64,000 nucleotides of DNA from an uncultured delta proteobacterium (GTDB lineage Bacteria > Myxococcota_A > UBA9160 > SZUA-336). The stretch lies in contig CAVPHD010000010.1 of assembly GCA_963704165.1 (NCBI GenBank), positions 69,242-133,241 of the forward strand, in the 5' to 3' direction. Shown here in pieces: positions 62,093 to 64,000 of the stretch. Made by a program: the position numbers and the translations under genes. How positions within the stretch are numbered: position 1 is the stretch's first letter; each line of letters starts with the position of its first letter. Under the pieces are notes generated by a model. The model searched no databases and was not told the origin of the DNA. It saw only the letters and a list, made by a program, of their open reading frames with translations.

Positions 62093-62859
62093 CTAGCCGG
62101 CGTCCGGCCGCCGCCAGCAACTCCTCCTCGGAGACGTCGAAGTTCGCGTAGACCGAGGCCACGTCCTCGTGCGCATCGAGCTCCTCGTAGAGCTTGAGCA
62201 TCAGCTCCGCGTTCTTGCCGGAGATCGTCACCGTCGAGCTCGGCACCATCTGGATCGATGCCCGAGCGCCGGAGTGAAGCCGCGGCCCTCGAGCGCCGCC
62301 TTCACCGCCTCGAAGTCCTCGTGGGTGGTCTGGACGAGCAGCGTGTCCTGCTTCCTCGACGATGTCGAGCGCGTTCGCCTCGATGGCCGCCTCCATCAGC
62401 GCGTCGGCGTCGATCGAGCCGCGCGTCGAACTCGAGTACGCCGCGGCGGTCGAACATGTAGGCGACGCAGCCGGAGGCGCCGAGGTTGCCCGCTGAATCG
62501 GCTGAAGATGTAGCGCACCTCGCTGACGGTGCGGTTGCGGTTGTCGGTCAGGGTGTCCGCGATGACGGCCACCCCGCCCGGCCCGTACCCCTCGTAGCGG
62601 ATCTCCTCGATCGTGGCTCGCCCTCGAGCTCCCCGGTGCCCTTCTTGATCGCCGCGTTCGATGTTGTCCTTCGGCATGTTCACGGCCGCGCGCCTTGTCG
62701 ATCGCGAGCCGCAGCCGCGGGTTCGCGTCGGGGTCGCCGCCACCGAGGCCGCGCGGCGATCGTGATCTCGCGGATCAGCTGGGTGAAGAGCTTGCCACGC
62801 TTGGCGTCAGCAGCGCCCTTCTTGCGCTTGATGGTCGCCCATTTCGAGTGACCGGACAT
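62093..62859 (-). CDS. yebC: YebC/PmpR family protein (multiple frameshifts)
   Basis: [48 protein letters not shown] across frames; usual position upstream of ruvCAB. Confidence 0.92.
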
Positions 62860-62930
62860 GGGATCTCCTCCTCCCTGGGAACCGAAGCGATTCGAGGGGT
62901 TAACACCGGCCTTCGGCGGGGTCAATCATT

Positions 62931-62956
62931 TCAGTCCGGCAGGACTCGTTGCCGAT
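62931..62956 (+). promoter_or_regulatory. Putative sigma-28-like promoter upstream of the Hsp70 gene
   Basis: TCAGT-N15-GCCGAT, 9 nt before an ATG at 62966. Confidence 0.4.
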
Positions 62957-62997
62957 GGAATGCGCATGACTGCGCCACGCAGGCGCTCGGGACAGCA

Positions 62998-64000
62998 ATG
63001 AGCAAAGACGTCACCATCGGCATCGATCTGGGCACCAGCAACTCCTGCGTCTGCGCCATCGTCGATGGCAAGCCCAGGGTGCTGGCGAACCAGAAAGGCG
63101 AACAAGTGATCGCCTCGGTCGTCGCCTTTCGAGAAGACGGCCGCATCGAAGTCGGGAACGGCGCCAAGGCGGGGATCATCCTCGACCCGAAGCACACCGT
63201 CTCGTCGGCCAAGCGCCTGATCGGGCGGTACTTCTTCAGCGAAGAGGTTCGCAAGGCTCGCGCCGTCTGTCGCTACGAGATCGTGCCGGGCGAGAACCAC
63301 GGCGTGCGCATCAAGATCCGCGACGAGGAGTTCTCTCTGCCCGAGATCTCCGCATTCGTGCTGAAAGAGATGAAGGAGATGGCCGAGTTCGCACTCGGGC
63401 AGCCGGTCTCGGGCGCGGTCATCACCGTGCCCGCGTTCTTCAACGACAACCAGCGCCAGGCGACGAAGGATGCGGGCAGGATCGCCGGCCTCGACGTGCT
63501 GCGCATCCTCAACGAGCCGACGGCCGCTGCGCTCGCGTACGGCTTCGGGCGCGACCTGCGCCAGAAAGTCGCGATCTACGATCTCGGTGGCGGCACCTTC
63601 GACGTCTCGGTTCTGGAGATCGGCGAAGACGTCTTCGAGGTGCTCGCGACCTGCGGCGACACGTATCTCGGCGGCGACGACTTCGACGATCGCGTGATCG
63701 ACCTGCTTGCCGACCGCGTGCAGGCCGAGCACGCCGTGAACGTCCGCTCGGATCCGTATGCGTTCGCGAAGCTGCGCATGGCGACCGAGGCGGCGAAGAT
63801 CGAACTCGCGAGGTCCGAGTCCGCGGCGATCTCGATCCCGGATCTGATCGAGCGCGAAGGAAAACAGATCGCACTCTCCTACACCCTGACGGCCAAGGAG
63901 TTCGACAAGCTCACGCGCGATCTGATCCTGCGCACCTTCAAGGTCTGCGACGAAGCCCTGCAGCAGTCGGGACTCACGGTCCGCGACCTGAACGGGGTGA
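62998..64000 (+). CDS. Hsp70/DnaK family chaperone, probable non-canonical paralog (3'-truncated by the window edge)
   Basis: Read directly from the sequence: MSKDVTIGIDLGTSNSCV, AVITVPAFF, RILNEPTAAALAYG, DLGGGTFDVS, LGGDDFD; missing from the ORF track because no stop occurs in the window. Confidence 0.93.
   Translation, partial: MSKDVTIGIDLGTSNSCVCAIVDGKPRVLANQKGEQVIASVVAFREDGRIEVGNGAKAGIILDPKHTVSSAKRLIGRYFFSEEVRKARAVCRYEIVPGENHGVRIKIRDEEFSLPEISAFVLKEMKEMAEFALGQPVSGAVITVPAFFNDNQRQATKDAGRIAGLDVLRILNEPTAAALAYGFGRDLRQKVAIYDLGGGTFDVSVLEIGEDVFEVLATCGDTYLGGDDFDDRVIDLLADRVQAEHAVNVRSDPYAFAKLRMATEAAKIELARSESAAISIPDLIEREGKQIALSYTLTAKEFDKLTRDLILRTFKVCDEALQQSGLTVRDLNGV

Noticed and set aside
59143..62396. 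Apparent RuvB-TauE, YebC-RuvC-RuvA and RuvC-RuvA fusions
   Set aside because: Chimeric translations produced by multiple indels
62926..63732. 268-aa ORF antisense to the Hsp70 gene
   Set aside because: Long antisense ORFs opposite dnaK genes are a known recurring feature and are often misannotated; there is no independent evidence of coding here

Overview
High-GC bacterial chromosome segment. Gene content suggests a deltaproteobacterial lineage, probably Myxococcota (inference from a giant TPR protein, a TPR-type Ser/Thr kinase, a non-canonical Hsp70, split purS/Q/L and infB-DUF503-rbfA). Bases 1-25259 form a surface-polysaccharide biosynthesis and modification island. It holds a Wzx flippase; a minus-strand operon (NodU/CmcH carbamoyltransferase, SxtJ-like protein, DUF5989 microprotein, WecG/TagA GT, polysaccharide deacetylase, SGNH protein, GMC oxidoreductase, SDR); an IorAB-type molybdoenzyme pair; a plus-strand NDP-sugar operon (GT, PIG-L, C-methyltransferase, Uxs-like epimerase, Ugd, DUF4910, RfbF, GT2); a second SGNH protein; and a DprE2-DprE1-UbiA polyprenyl-phospho-arabinose module. 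Bases 25256-47378 are a minus-strand housekeeping run (ntrY/ntrX-like, rimI, pyrK, pyrD, rimP, nusA, infB, DUF503, rbfA, truB, rpsO, pnp, dut, cdsA, purB, purS, purQ, purL, purF). After it come a ~2585-aa TPR protein, lpxC behind a consensus sigma-54 promoter, a repeat-containing Ser/Thr kinase, TauE, ruvB/ruvA/ruvC, yebC and a partial Hsp70. Many conserved genes carry single-base frameshifts that look like long-read assembly errors. Most interesting: (1) the DUF5989 microprotein ends in FIYTLF, the DltX-type FIYxxF tyrosine acyl-shuttle motif, and lies between a carbamoyltransferase and an SGNH protein, suggesting a trans-envelope carbamoyl relay; (2) a recurring sigma-28-like TCAAG-N14/15-GCCGAT motif precedes five non-flagellar units; (3) lpxC has a sigma-54 promoter with tandem candidate activator sites near an NtrYX pair. 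No rRNA, tRNA, CRISPR array or mobile element was recognised.
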